IMG/VR virus record: IMGVR_UViG_3300033076_000726 | Span: 1-55,239 of that record | Strand: one strand, 5' to 3' | Source of the DNA: a virus | Taxonomy: Duplodnaviria > Heunggongvirae > Uroviricota > Caudoviricetes | Length of the DNA: 55,239 nt | Shown: one piece after another, positions 41,359 to 50,059 of the stretch | Layout: every line of letters starts with the position of its first letter | How positions within the stretch are numbered: position 1 is the first letter of the stretch | Made by a program: the position numbers and the translations under genes | The notes under the pieces: generated by a model | What the model saw: the letters and a program-made list of their open reading frames with translations, nothing else | What the model was told of the DNA's origin: nothing | Databases searched by the model: none

Positions 41359-42401
41359 TGAAGTTAGATTTAAGAAAACATTATATATGTAAAGTTCCCT
41401 TTGAATATATGGAGGTTCACCATATGGGAGTTTATAGTTGTTGTCCCGCATGGTTACCAACAAAACTTAGTGATATTAAAGATGTGTCAACAGTATGGGA
41501 GAGTGATACTTTAAAAGAGGTACAGGAATCCATATTAGACGGGTCATATTCACATTGTGTCGAAGAACTTTGCCCAGTATTATCTGAGTTAGTAAATCAA
41601 GGTACGGTAGATAGAGGGTTTTTTATTACTAAAGAAGAGTTTTCAAAAAACGATTATAGTAATCCAAAGATAATAAACTATTCATTTGATAGGAGTTGTA
41701 ATCTTTCGTGTCCAAGTTGTAGGAAGGAATCAATAATGGCAAATTCGGAAGAAATTAGCGAGATTGATGTAACAATAAAAGAAATTGAATCCACATATGG
41801 TGAGAAACTAAAGGGACTATATCTATCTGGTACTGCAGACCCATTTGCTTCGAAATCATTTCGTAAATTATTAACTCAATTTGATAGAACAAAATACCCA
41901 AATGTAAATGACATCCATTTACACACTAACGCTATTTTATTAAATCAAGATATGTGGAATAAAATGAGTAAAATACATTCAATGATAAGAATCATTGAAA
42001 TTAGTATTGATGCCGCAACAAAAGACACATATGAGATTGTTAGAAGGGGAGGTAATTGGGATACTCTTATAGAAAACCTTAAATTCATATCAACCTTACC
42101 AATAGGTGAGAAAAGAATATCTATGATTGTACAGGACACTAACTTTATGGAAATGGAAGAATTCTATAATTTGATGTCTGAAATATTCAAAAATAAAGCA
42201 AGAATTTATTTTAAAAGAATTGATAATTGGGGAACATTCACAGAAGAAGAATTTAAAGAAAAGGAAGTATTCAAAGAGGACCACCCAATGTTTAATTTAT
42301 TTTTATTACAACTACTAAAAATTGACAAGAAACATAATTCTTTTCATAATATGCATGACATTGTTTTAAAACATTTAAAAAAAGAAAAAAACATCATATA
42401 A
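41358..42401 (+). CDS. Radical SAM enzyme, subtype B (paralog of 26848)
   Basis: ICKVPF...SCCPAWL...DGSYSHCVEELCP; core DRSCNLSCPSC; GTADPF. Confidence 0.85.
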   Translation: MKLDLRKHYICKVPFEYMEVHHMGVYSCCPAWLPTKLSDIKDVSTVWESDTLKEVQESILDGSYSHCVEELCPVLSELVNQGTVDRGFFITKEEFSKNDYSNPKIINYSFDRSCNLSCPSCRKESIMANSEEISEIDVTIKEIESTYGEKLKGLYLSGTADPFASKSFRKLLTQFDRTKYPNVNDIHLHTNAILLNQDMWNKMSKIHSMIRIIEISIDAATKDTYEIVRRGGNWDTLIENLKFISTLPIGEKRISMIVQDTNFMEMEEFYNLMSEIFKNKARIYFKRIDNWGTFTEEEFKEKEVFKEDHPMFNLFLLQLLKIDKKHNSFHNMHDIVLKHLKKEKNII

Positions 42402-42970
42402 TGGAAAAAATTGTTTTAAGTAAAAAATATTCAATATATAAGATAAAATTCAATACCCCGTTAATGAAGGGGTATGTTGAAAGAGCATATCAAGTAATTG
42501 AATTAAAAAAAACACATAAAACTGATAGAAACCATTTTTTCTATATCCCATTTAATTGTACCGAATTAGAATTATTAAATAATATAGTTATTCAATCATG
42601 TGAGAAGATAGAAAATAAGAGAAGTAGAGAACATGCGATTCAAAATTGGGTGTATATAGTTAACAATAATTCAGAGGTTGAATTATATCATACACATATA
42701 GATTTAATTGACGGAGATTCAAGAATAAAAACCGATTGGACATTTTGTTTCTATATACAAGTACCTGATAGTGATGGTAAAATTTCATTTAAAACGGAAG
42801 ACAACATAGAACATGAATTTTTACCGGAGGAAGGAGACATATATATTTTTCCACCAGATTTATTACATACACCAAGAACGATACATAATTTCAGCAAGGA
42901 TAGAATTTTAATTGCTGGCAACATAAGTCTAAATCCACTTAAAAAAATAAATGATAAAAACATTTTCTAA
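42401..42970 (+). CDS. Putative 2OG-Fe(II) oxygenase
   Basis: NWVY...YHTH...WTFCFYIQVP...PEEGDIYIFPPDLLHTP...RILIAGN. Confidence 0.7.
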   Translation: MEKIVLSKKYSIYKIKFNTPLMKGYVERAYQVIELKKTHKTDRNHFFYIPFNCTELELLNNIVIQSCEKIENKRSREHAIQNWVYIVNNNSEVELYHTHIDLIDGDSRIKTDWTFCFYIQVPDSDGKISFKTEDNIEHEFLPEEGDIYIFPPDLLHTPRTIHNFSKDRILIAGNISLNPLKKINDKNIF

Positions 42971-43436
42971 TTTATTGGATGATAATGAAATGGAATACAT
43001 TTTAACTAAATGTAAATCATTTGTTAAAAACAACAAAACAATCCCTGATGGTTTAAATTGGTTTTATAATAGTATGCATCTATATGACGATACTAATTTA
43101 GATGAATTTAAAATGAAGATGTTAGACGTTGTTGGAATAGATTACCACATTCAACATAATGGAATTTTTATAAATAAAATTACCGAAAAAACAAACCAAA
43201 ATGATTCATATCATAGAGATGAGAGTGATTTAACCATCGTTACTTATATAAATGATGATTATATTGGTGGAGAATTTGAATATGTCATAAATAATGAAAT
43301 TAAAATATTAAAACCACAACCAAACTTATCTGTCATGATGGATAAGAAAATATTACATAGGGTTTTACCTGTTATTGAGGGTGAAAGATATAGTTTAATA
43401 ACTTGGTTTAGATTGGTAAATAAGAACATTATATGA
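42951..43436 (+). CDS. 2OG-Fe(II) oxygenase (prolyl-4-hydroxylase-like)
   Basis: YHRD, TYINDDYIGGEF, LHRVLPV, RYSLI. Confidence 0.85.
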   Translation: MIKTFSNLLDDNEMEYILTKCKSFVKNNKTIPDGLNWFYNSMHLYDDTNLDEFKMKMLDVVGIDYHIQHNGIFINKITEKTNQNDSYHRDESDLTIVTYINDDYIGGEFEYVINNEIKILKPQPNLSVMMDKKILHRVLPVIEGERYSLITWFRLVNKNII

Positions 43437-44476
43437 AACCAGATTTAAAAAATTATATATGTTTAAATCCATTTAAAATATTGGAAATGCATGAGTATTT
43501 CCATGCTTTGTGTGTTCCTGAATGGTTATTAAAATACATACCGGTAGATACTAAGGTTGAGGATATTTGGAATTCGGATATTGCAAAACAAATCAGAGAA
43601 TCCGTAACCGATGGCTCTTATAAATTCTGCGACACCGAACAATGTCCATATTTGAGTCACCTACTTAGATACAATGAAGTAGATGATAAAGGTCCAATCA
43701 TACATAAATCAAAGTTACCTGAGAATTTCTTTTCAGAAAAAAGTCCTAGTAGGATTGATTTCGATTTTGATAGAACTTGCAATTACAAATGTCCATCATG
43801 TAGAAAATCTGTTTATACTGCAGATAAAGAAAAAATCGAAGAGGTTAAAAATACGATTAGTGATATTGAAAATGTGTTTGGTAATGATGTTGAAGAATTA
43901 TATTTAAGTGCTAGTGGAGACCCCTTTGCATCGGTTTCATATAGAAACTTTCTACGAAATTTTGACCCACTAAAATTCCCTAAATTAAAAAATATCCATT
44001 TCCACACCAACGCATCTAATTGGTCCAAAGAAATGTGGGAAACGATGCCAAATGTCCACAATTATGTTGGTTCCTGTGAAATTAGTATTGATGCTGCAAC
44101 AAAAGAAACATATGAAACCAAAGTTAGATTAAACGGTAAGTGGGATAGGTTAATTGAAAATTTAAAATTCATAAGTACAATAAAATCTTTAAAATTGGTA
44201 AAGTTATCCTTTGTAACCCAACAAAAGAACTATAAAGAAATGAGAATGTTTGTTGACATAATGAAAGATATATTCGGTAAAAAACTTTTGGTGTTGTTTG
44301 TAAAGATAAATAATTGGGGGACATTCACAGAGGAAGAATTTTTAAAAGAAAAAATATGGGACCCGAATCATCCAGAACATTCTGAATTTATAAAAGAAGT
44401 GATTAAAATACACGGAGACCCTCAAGTATATCATAATTTCCACGAGTTTATTGTTGCAAATAAAAACCTCATATAG
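43433..44476 (+). CDS. Radical SAM enzyme, subtype B
   Basis: ICLNPF...LCVPEWL...DGSYKFCDTEQCP; core DRTCNYKCPSC; ASGDPF. Confidence 0.85.
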   Translation: MKPDLKNYICLNPFKILEMHEYFHALCVPEWLLKYIPVDTKVEDIWNSDIAKQIRESVTDGSYKFCDTEQCPYLSHLLRYNEVDDKGPIIHKSKLPENFFSEKSPSRIDFDFDRTCNYKCPSCRKSVYTADKEKIEEVKNTISDIENVFGNDVEELYLSASGDPFASVSYRNFLRNFDPLKFPKLKNIHFHTNASNWSKEMWETMPNVHNYVGSCEISIDAATKETYETKVRLNGKWDRLIENLKFISTIKSLKLVKLSFVTQQKNYKEMRMFVDIMKDIFGKKLLVLFVKINNWGTFTEEEFLKEKIWDPNHPEHSEFIKEVIKIHGDPQVYHNFHEFIVANKNLI

Positions 44477-44505
44477 TTGTTAATTTGAAGTATTTTTCAT
44501 ATATT
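44477..44505 (+). promoter_or_regulatory. Sigma70-like promoter TTGTTA-N17-TATATT, 7 nt before ATG
   Basis: Seen directly; recurrent architecture. Confidence 0.45.
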
Positions 44506-44512
44506 TTACATA

Positions 44513-47233
44513 ATGAAAATACTTGCACACACATCATTTATTGGGACCACGGGATATGCTAACCATGCAAGGTCTTTTTTTACTGCATTGAACAAATACC
44601 ATACGGTAAAAGTTAGAAATTTAACAATTGGTAGTGGATGGAAAGGGTATAGACTAAATGCTCATGACGACGAACCATACATTACCGAAGAAATGAAAAA
44701 CATGTTATATCAACAAACGTTGATTAACACCGATAATACAACCACCGATTTTCCATTATACAATTATGACGGTAATTATGTACCTGATATTCATATTGTG
44801 TTGGTTGAAATGGACAATGAATATTTCTACGAAAATTACGAGGGTTATAAGATAGCATATAACGTATGGGAATCAACTCGTTATCCCGATAAATTCTTCC
44901 AAAGATTACATTATTTCGATGAAGTGTGGGTACCTACTCAATGGCAATATGATTCTTTAATTGAACAAGGATATCCTAAAGAAAAAATAAGTATTGTTCC
45001 TGAAGGTGTTGATGTTGAAACATTTAAACCAATTGAAAAATTCCCAAAGAAAGATAAATTTAGATTTTTATTATTTGGTAGATGGGATTATAGAAAATCA
45101 ACAACGGAAATTATACGAACATTTGGTGAAACATTCAAAGATTATGACGATGTTGAGTTGATAGCCTCTGTTGAAAATCCATATGCATCAGACGGAATGA
45201 ACTCAACAGAAGAAAGAGTAAATAAACACAAACTACTTTATAAAAACGTCAAATATATTGAATTTCCAAGTAGGGAAGAATATGTGAAATATCTACAAGA
45301 AGGTGATGTGTTTGTGTCATGTGCCAGAAGTGAGGGTTGGAATTTGCCTTTAATTGAGGCCATGGCTTGTGGAACACCATCAATTTATTCCGAATATGGT
45401 GGTCAATTACAATTTGCACAAAATAAAGGTATTGCGGTATCAATATCCCATATGAGACAAGCAAATATTGGGGATAGAGATGTTGTTGGTGAATATTGTG
45501 AACCAAATTTCCAAGACTTAGCATCTAAAATGATGGAGTCCTACAATTACTATACTGCAATTTTAATAAAGTCGAGAGAAGAGTCAAAAGAAATACATAA
45601 AAATTTTAATTGGGATACAATTGCACAAAATGCATCTAAAATATTAGAATCAAGAATTAAATCATTTGCATTTGTTACAACGGGAAACATTGGTTACATG
45701 CCGGTGATTGAAAAGTTAGTACAATCGTTATTAGAGTTTTCAAATCAAAAGATAATTGTTTACGGAGTTGATTGCGATGTACCATTTGATTATCCAAATG
45801 TAATCAAAAGAAAAATAACACCACCAAAAATTTCAGAACACGATAAATGGTATTGGAAACAATATGCATGTATTGAATCTCTAAATGAAGGATTTGATTA
45901 TTACATATGGATTGATGGGGATGTTGTTGTAAATTATAACATCGATGATGTAAAAAAATATTTTAATCAAGTAGGAAGATATCCGTTATCCGATATACAT
46001 GTCCAAGAAGAATTTTTTGGAATCTATGATGACGACAAGTCACAATTATTTAATGAAGAGTTGGCAAAAAAATGGAAGGTTGATAAAAAACAACCATACA
46101 TGCACATCTGTTTCTACATTTACAATGATGGTTCAAAATCATTTTTTTATCAGATATTAACTGAATATAGAACTTTGATGAAAGAAAATCCTGAAGAATA
46201 TGGAAAATATTTTTTATGGAATGATGAAGGTATTGATAACGGATTGAGATGGACTCTTGATTATACAAATCATTTACCACTTTCAAATTTCGACACGTCT
46301 GGTTATGATGGAGATTTAGGTAACACAAATGAAACCCTACACCATTTCTATAAGTTTTGGAATGAAGATGGTCCACAAAATTTTGATAGAATATTTGGAT
46401 ACCAATCTATTCCTCAGGATAAATCAAACATAATATATTTTCACGGTAACAAAAACGCGGACATATCAGATAAGATGATTGAATTTATTAAAATGAAAAG
46501 AGATAATTCATTTTATAAATCAAAATGTTTTTATACTGGCGTTTATAAATTAGATAACTTTGAATCATTAACTGAATATGAGGGTTCGACAATGGAAGTG
46601 GCGGAAAAATTTGGGTGGGCTCCAGCCATATTTCATGAAATCTACAATTTAAGAGATTATTATAAAAATAGAGAAAGAACAATAAACGAAGGTGATGTGG
46701 TTGTTGATTTGGGGGGTAACATTGGAGTCTTTAATAGATGGGCATATAGTCAAGGTGCAAGTAGAGTTATATCCTTTGAACCTGATAGACGTTATTTCAA
46801 ATTACTTTCATTAAATGCTGACCCACGTTCTGTTTTGTTTAACGCGGCGGCATCAAACGAAATGGGTGAGATGACATTACATGAAAGCACACATTTGGGA
46901 GGTTCTAATTTATTTTATACACAAGAAGGTGCTAAAAAATATAAAGTTCAAACATATACGTTAAATTATCTTTTTGAGACTGGATTAGTTGATAAAATTG
47001 ATTTTCTTAAAGTTGATATTGAAGGTGCGGAGATTCATGCATTGAATGGAATTAGTAACGAGAATTTAATGAAAGTTAAAACCATCTCTATGGAATATCA
47101 CCATAGTCATTTTAATTATGATGAAATTTTAAGACAGGATTTAATTGATAGGATGAATAAACTCGGATTTAATTCTTACCTAATGTTTATGGGTGGGAAT
47201 GATAATCTACAAATGATATACTTTACAAGATGA
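44513..47233 (+). CDS. Trimodular GT4 glycosyltransferase + GT-A-like domain + FkbM-family methyltransferase
   Basis: GRWDYRKS...RSEGWNLPLIEAMACGTP (GT4); YIWIDGDVVV (DxD); VVDLGGNIG...SFEP...IDFLKVDIEGAE (FkbM). Confidence 0.85.
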   Translation: MKILAHTSFIGTTGYANHARSFFTALNKYHTVKVRNLTIGSGWKGYRLNAHDDEPYITEEMKNMLYQQTLINTDNTTTDFPLYNYDGNYVPDIHIVLVEMDNEYFYENYEGYKIAYNVWESTRYPDKFFQRLHYFDEVWVPTQWQYDSLIEQGYPKEKISIVPEGVDVETFKPIEKFPKKDKFRFLLFGRWDYRKSTTEIIRTFGETFKDYDDVELIASVENPYASDGMNSTEERVNKHKLLYKNVKYIEFPSREEYVKYLQEGDVFVSCARSEGWNLPLIEAMACGTPSIYSEYGGQLQFAQNKGIAVSISHMRQANIGDRDVVGEYCEPNFQDLASKMMESYNYYTAILIKSREESKEIHKNFNWDTIAQNASKILESRIKSFAFVTTGNIGYMPVIEKLVQSLLEFSNQKIIVYGVDCDVPFDYPNVIKRKITPPKISEHDKWYWKQYACIESLNEGFDYYIWIDGDVVVNYNIDDVKKYFNQVGRYPLSDIHVQEEFFGIYDDDKSQLFNEELAKKWKVDKKQPYMHICFYIYNDGSKSFFYQILTEYRTLMKENPEEYGKYFLWNDEGIDNGLRWTLDYTNHLPLSNFDTSGYDGDLGNTNETLHHFYKFWNEDGPQNFDRIFGYQSIPQDKSNIIYFHGNKNADISDKMIEFIKMKRDNSFYKSKCFYTGVYKLDNFESLTEYEGSTMEVAEKFGWAPAIFHEIYNLRDYYKNRERTINEGDVVVDLGGNIGVFNRWAYSQGASRVISFEPDRRYFKLLSLNADPRSVLFNAAASNEMGEMTLHESTHLGGSNLFYTQEGAKKYKVQTYTLNYLFETGLVDKIDFLKVDIEGAEIHALNGISNENLMKVKTISMEYHHSHFNYDEILRQDLIDRMNKLGFNSYLMFMGGNDNLQMIYFTR

Positions 47234-47886
47234 GTAATTTAGACAGAATTGCAAAACAACACGGAACAGATAAGAGTTCTGAAATACACAACTATTGTGT
47301 TAAATATGAAAAATATCTACCATTTAATAGATATGATGAATTAAACATATTAGAAATTGGGGTTTTAAATGGAAAATCATTAAAAACGTGGAAAGATTAT
47401 TTCTATCGTTCGAAGATTTTAGGTATTGATATTAACCCCGATTGTAAACAATACGAAGAAGAAAACATAAGGGTTGAAATAGGTTCACAATACGATGCGA
47501 ATTTCCTATCAAACATTTCAAAAATGTATGGTCCATTTGATTTAATTATCGATGATGGTTCGCATATGAATTCACATGTTAATTTTTCATTTGAATGTTT
47601 ATTTGACCATGTGAAATCTGGTGGAATATATGTTGTGGAGGATTGCGGTACCGCATATTGGCCTGAATATGAAGGAGGTTATTTAAAACCTGATACAAGT
47701 ATTGAAAACTTTAAGTCTCTTGTTGACGATGTTAACTTTAGAGGCTTAATGAATTATAATAAACCAAACGTACATGCAAGAAGAGAAGATTGGTTAATCG
47801 AGAATTCACATAATGTTTCAATGTGTAGAATTGATATTGAATCTATAAACTTCCTTAATGGAATTATAATAATAACAAAAAGATAA
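47230..47886 (+). CDS. Class I SAM-dependent O-methyltransferase (MycE/TylE-like sugar methyltransferase pattern)
   Basis: HGTDK...HNY...YEKYL...ILEIGV..GKSLKTWKDYF...GIDI...FDLIIDDGSH. Confidence 0.8.
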   Translation: MSNLDRIAKQHGTDKSSEIHNYCVKYEKYLPFNRYDELNILEIGVLNGKSLKTWKDYFYRSKILGIDINPDCKQYEEENIRVEIGSQYDANFLSNISKMYGPFDLIIDDGSHMNSHVNFSFECLFDHVKSGGIYVVEDCGTAYWPEYEGGYLKPDTSIENFKSLVDDVNFRGLMNYNKPNVHARREDWLIENSHNVSMCRIDIESINFLNGIIIITKR

Positions 47887-50003
47887 TGGAATTTAACGAA
47901 GATGTATTTGTCATCGATTGTTGGTTAGACACAATTGAAAAAGAAAATACTTTAAAAGAACTAATAGTAAGTTTAAAGGAATTTAATTGTCCAATAATTT
48001 TGTGTGGTCACTATCCTGTTAATCCAAATGTACAAAAAATGGTTGATTACTATATCTACGATGGTAATAACGATATTTTGTTGGAAAAAGATTTTGAATT
48101 ATATGAAATTCAAAGTGATAGGTGGACGGATACTAATGATTATAAAATTGTAAACAGAAATAAATTTCATCATGATTATGCCATTTGGTTAACCATAAAG
48201 AACGCTTTTAATTTAGTTAAACAGTTAGGTAAAAAATATATTCATTTCTTAGAATATGATAATTTACCAAACACAACACAGTATCGACAATCGTTTCTTG
48301 AGTATATAAGACATCACGATGCTGTAATATATGAATACGACAGAGGTTCCACAAATCAAGAAAATCCATATTGTGCTGCATACATTTTCTCAATTAAGAC
48401 GGATGTTGCAATTGAAATGGTGAATTTAATCAATTCAAAAGAAGAATATTTTAAGAACAAACCCGATTCTTGGCAATTAGAAAAACAATTGTTCCAATCA
48501 ATTAAAAAAATAACCAATAACGTATTTGTGAGCAAATACATCCCAAACAATGAGGAATTGAATTTATTTGCTGCATGGAATAGAAACGGAATTTTAAGAA
48601 ATGGTGCAAGATTTCAAACATATCTTGGTTTTGATGGTGATGATACCTACATTCATTTCATATCAGGTTTTGATGGTAAACCAGCGGATAAAGATTATTT
48701 AGTTGAAATACGTTATAACAATGTTGGTAGATTTTTTAATATTCAAAAGGGTCAATATCATTTAGAAAGTGTGGGGAAATACATAGAAGGTGGAGTTGTT
48801 GAGGTTTTATATCAAGGAGTAAAAGTATTTTCCGAAACGTTAAACGAAGAAATAAAAAGATTAAATAAAGTCGAGAAAAAAACAGTATACAAAGACCAAA
48901 AGAACACCAAAGTTAATTTAAATTTTATTGATGGTCCATTTATTGAAATTTTGAACGACACCAATTCAAATTATCACGTTGAGTTTATTAACCCAAAAAA
49001 TGATAAGGTTGAATATGAGTTAAATATGAAGAGTAATCATTGGGCAAAATGTTCAATAAAATATTATGTTGAGTGGATTATTAAAGTAAAAGGTCTTGAT
49101 AATGATTATAAATTAGAATACAAGTTCAACCCAAAGAAACAAAAATTTCTTATTTCATTTGAAACAAAATCATTGGGAGACAACATCGCATATATGGGAT
49201 ATGTTGAGGAATTTAGAAAGAAACATAACTGTGAGGTTGTTTGTTCCACTTTCCATAATAAACTATTCCAAAATCAATATCCTAAAATACAATTTGTTGA
49301 ACCAGGTACTAGTGTGAATAACTTATATGGAATGTATAGGTTGGGAATGTTCTATAAAGAAAATAGAAACGGAATAGATTTTACATCTCACCCAACCGAC
49401 CCTAAGAAAGAACCATTAACTAAAATGGCTTCCGATATTTTAGGTTTAGACTATGTTGAAGTTAGACCTAAACTTAAAAAATTAGGTAAGGATGTTAAAA
49501 AAAGGGTTTGTATTGGAATACATTCAACAGCACAATGTAAGTATTGGAATAATCCAAACGGATGGCAAGACATTACCAATTATTTGTTAGATAAAGGGTA
49601 TGAGGTTAGATTATTATCCAAAGAAGAGGATGGTTTTATGGGGAATAAAACTCCAATAGGTGTCACCAAACAACCCGAAGGTCCATTGGATGATATTATT
49701 AAAATTTTACAAGAATCGGAACTTTTTATAGGTGTTAGTAGTGGACTAAGTTGGGTATCTTGGGCATGTGGAACCCCAACAATTTTAATATCTGGTTTTA
49801 CCGACGTATATACCGAACCATTCGAGGGTATTAGTCGAATAATAAATAAAGATGTTTGTAATAGTTGTTGGAATAATTACGATTTTGATATGAGTGATTG
49901 GAATTGGTGTCCAGTACATAAAAACACAGATAGACAGTTTGAATGTTCTAAAAATATCACCTCACAAGACGTAATAAAAGAGATTGATAAGTTATTGTTC
50001 TAA
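47886..50003 (+). CDS. Multidomain protein with C-terminal Aah/TibC-like (autotransporter O-heptosyltransferase, GT9-like) domain
   Basis: KSLGDNIA, HSTAQCKYWNNPNGW, FIGVSSGLSWVSWA, ISGFT, and the iron-finger cysteines CNSC...WC P.HK.T.RQFEC typical of TibC/Aah. Confidence 0.8.
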   Translation: MEFNEDVFVIDCWLDTIEKENTLKELIVSLKEFNCPIILCGHYPVNPNVQKMVDYYIYDGNNDILLEKDFELYEIQSDRWTDTNDYKIVNRNKFHHDYAIWLTIKNAFNLVKQLGKKYIHFLEYDNLPNTTQYRQSFLEYIRHHDAVIYEYDRGSTNQENPYCAAYIFSIKTDVAIEMVNLINSKEEYFKNKPDSWQLEKQLFQSIKKITNNVFVSKYIPNNEELNLFAAWNRNGILRNGARFQTYLGFDGDDTYIHFISGFDGKPADKDYLVEIRYNNVGRFFNIQKGQYHLESVGKYIEGGVVEVLYQGVKVFSETLNEEIKRLNKVEKKTVYKDQKNTKVNLNFIDGPFIEILNDTNSNYHVEFINPKNDKVEYELNMKSNHWAKCSIKYYVEWIIKVKGLDNDYKLEYKFNPKKQKFLISFETKSLGDNIAYMGYVEEFRKKHNCEVVCSTFHNKLFQNQYPKIQFVEPGTSVNNLYGMYRLGMFYKENRNGIDFTSHPTDPKKEPLTKMASDILGLDYVEVRPKLKKLGKDVKKRVCIGIHSTAQCKYWNNPNGWQDITNYLLDKGYEVRLLSKEEDGFMGNKTPIGVTKQPEGPLDDIIKILQESELFIGVSSGLSWVSWACGTPTILISGFTDVYTEPFEGISRIINKDVCNSCWNNYDFDMSDWNWCPVHKNTDRQFECSKNITSQDVIKEIDKLLF

Positions 50004-50031
50004 TTTTCCGTTTTAGATACAAATAATCAAG

Positions 50032-50039
50032 TATTTATC
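50032..50039 (+). promoter_or_regulatory. TATTTATC motif, candidate late promoter element
   Basis: aagTATTTATct before 50060. Confidence 0.45.
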
Positions 50040-50059
50040 TAAGTATAACATTATATTAG

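Noticed and set aside
888-48550. Other short minus-strand or out-of-frame ORFs in the track
   Set aside because: All lie inside longer + strand genes with recognisable motifs and have no independent signature.
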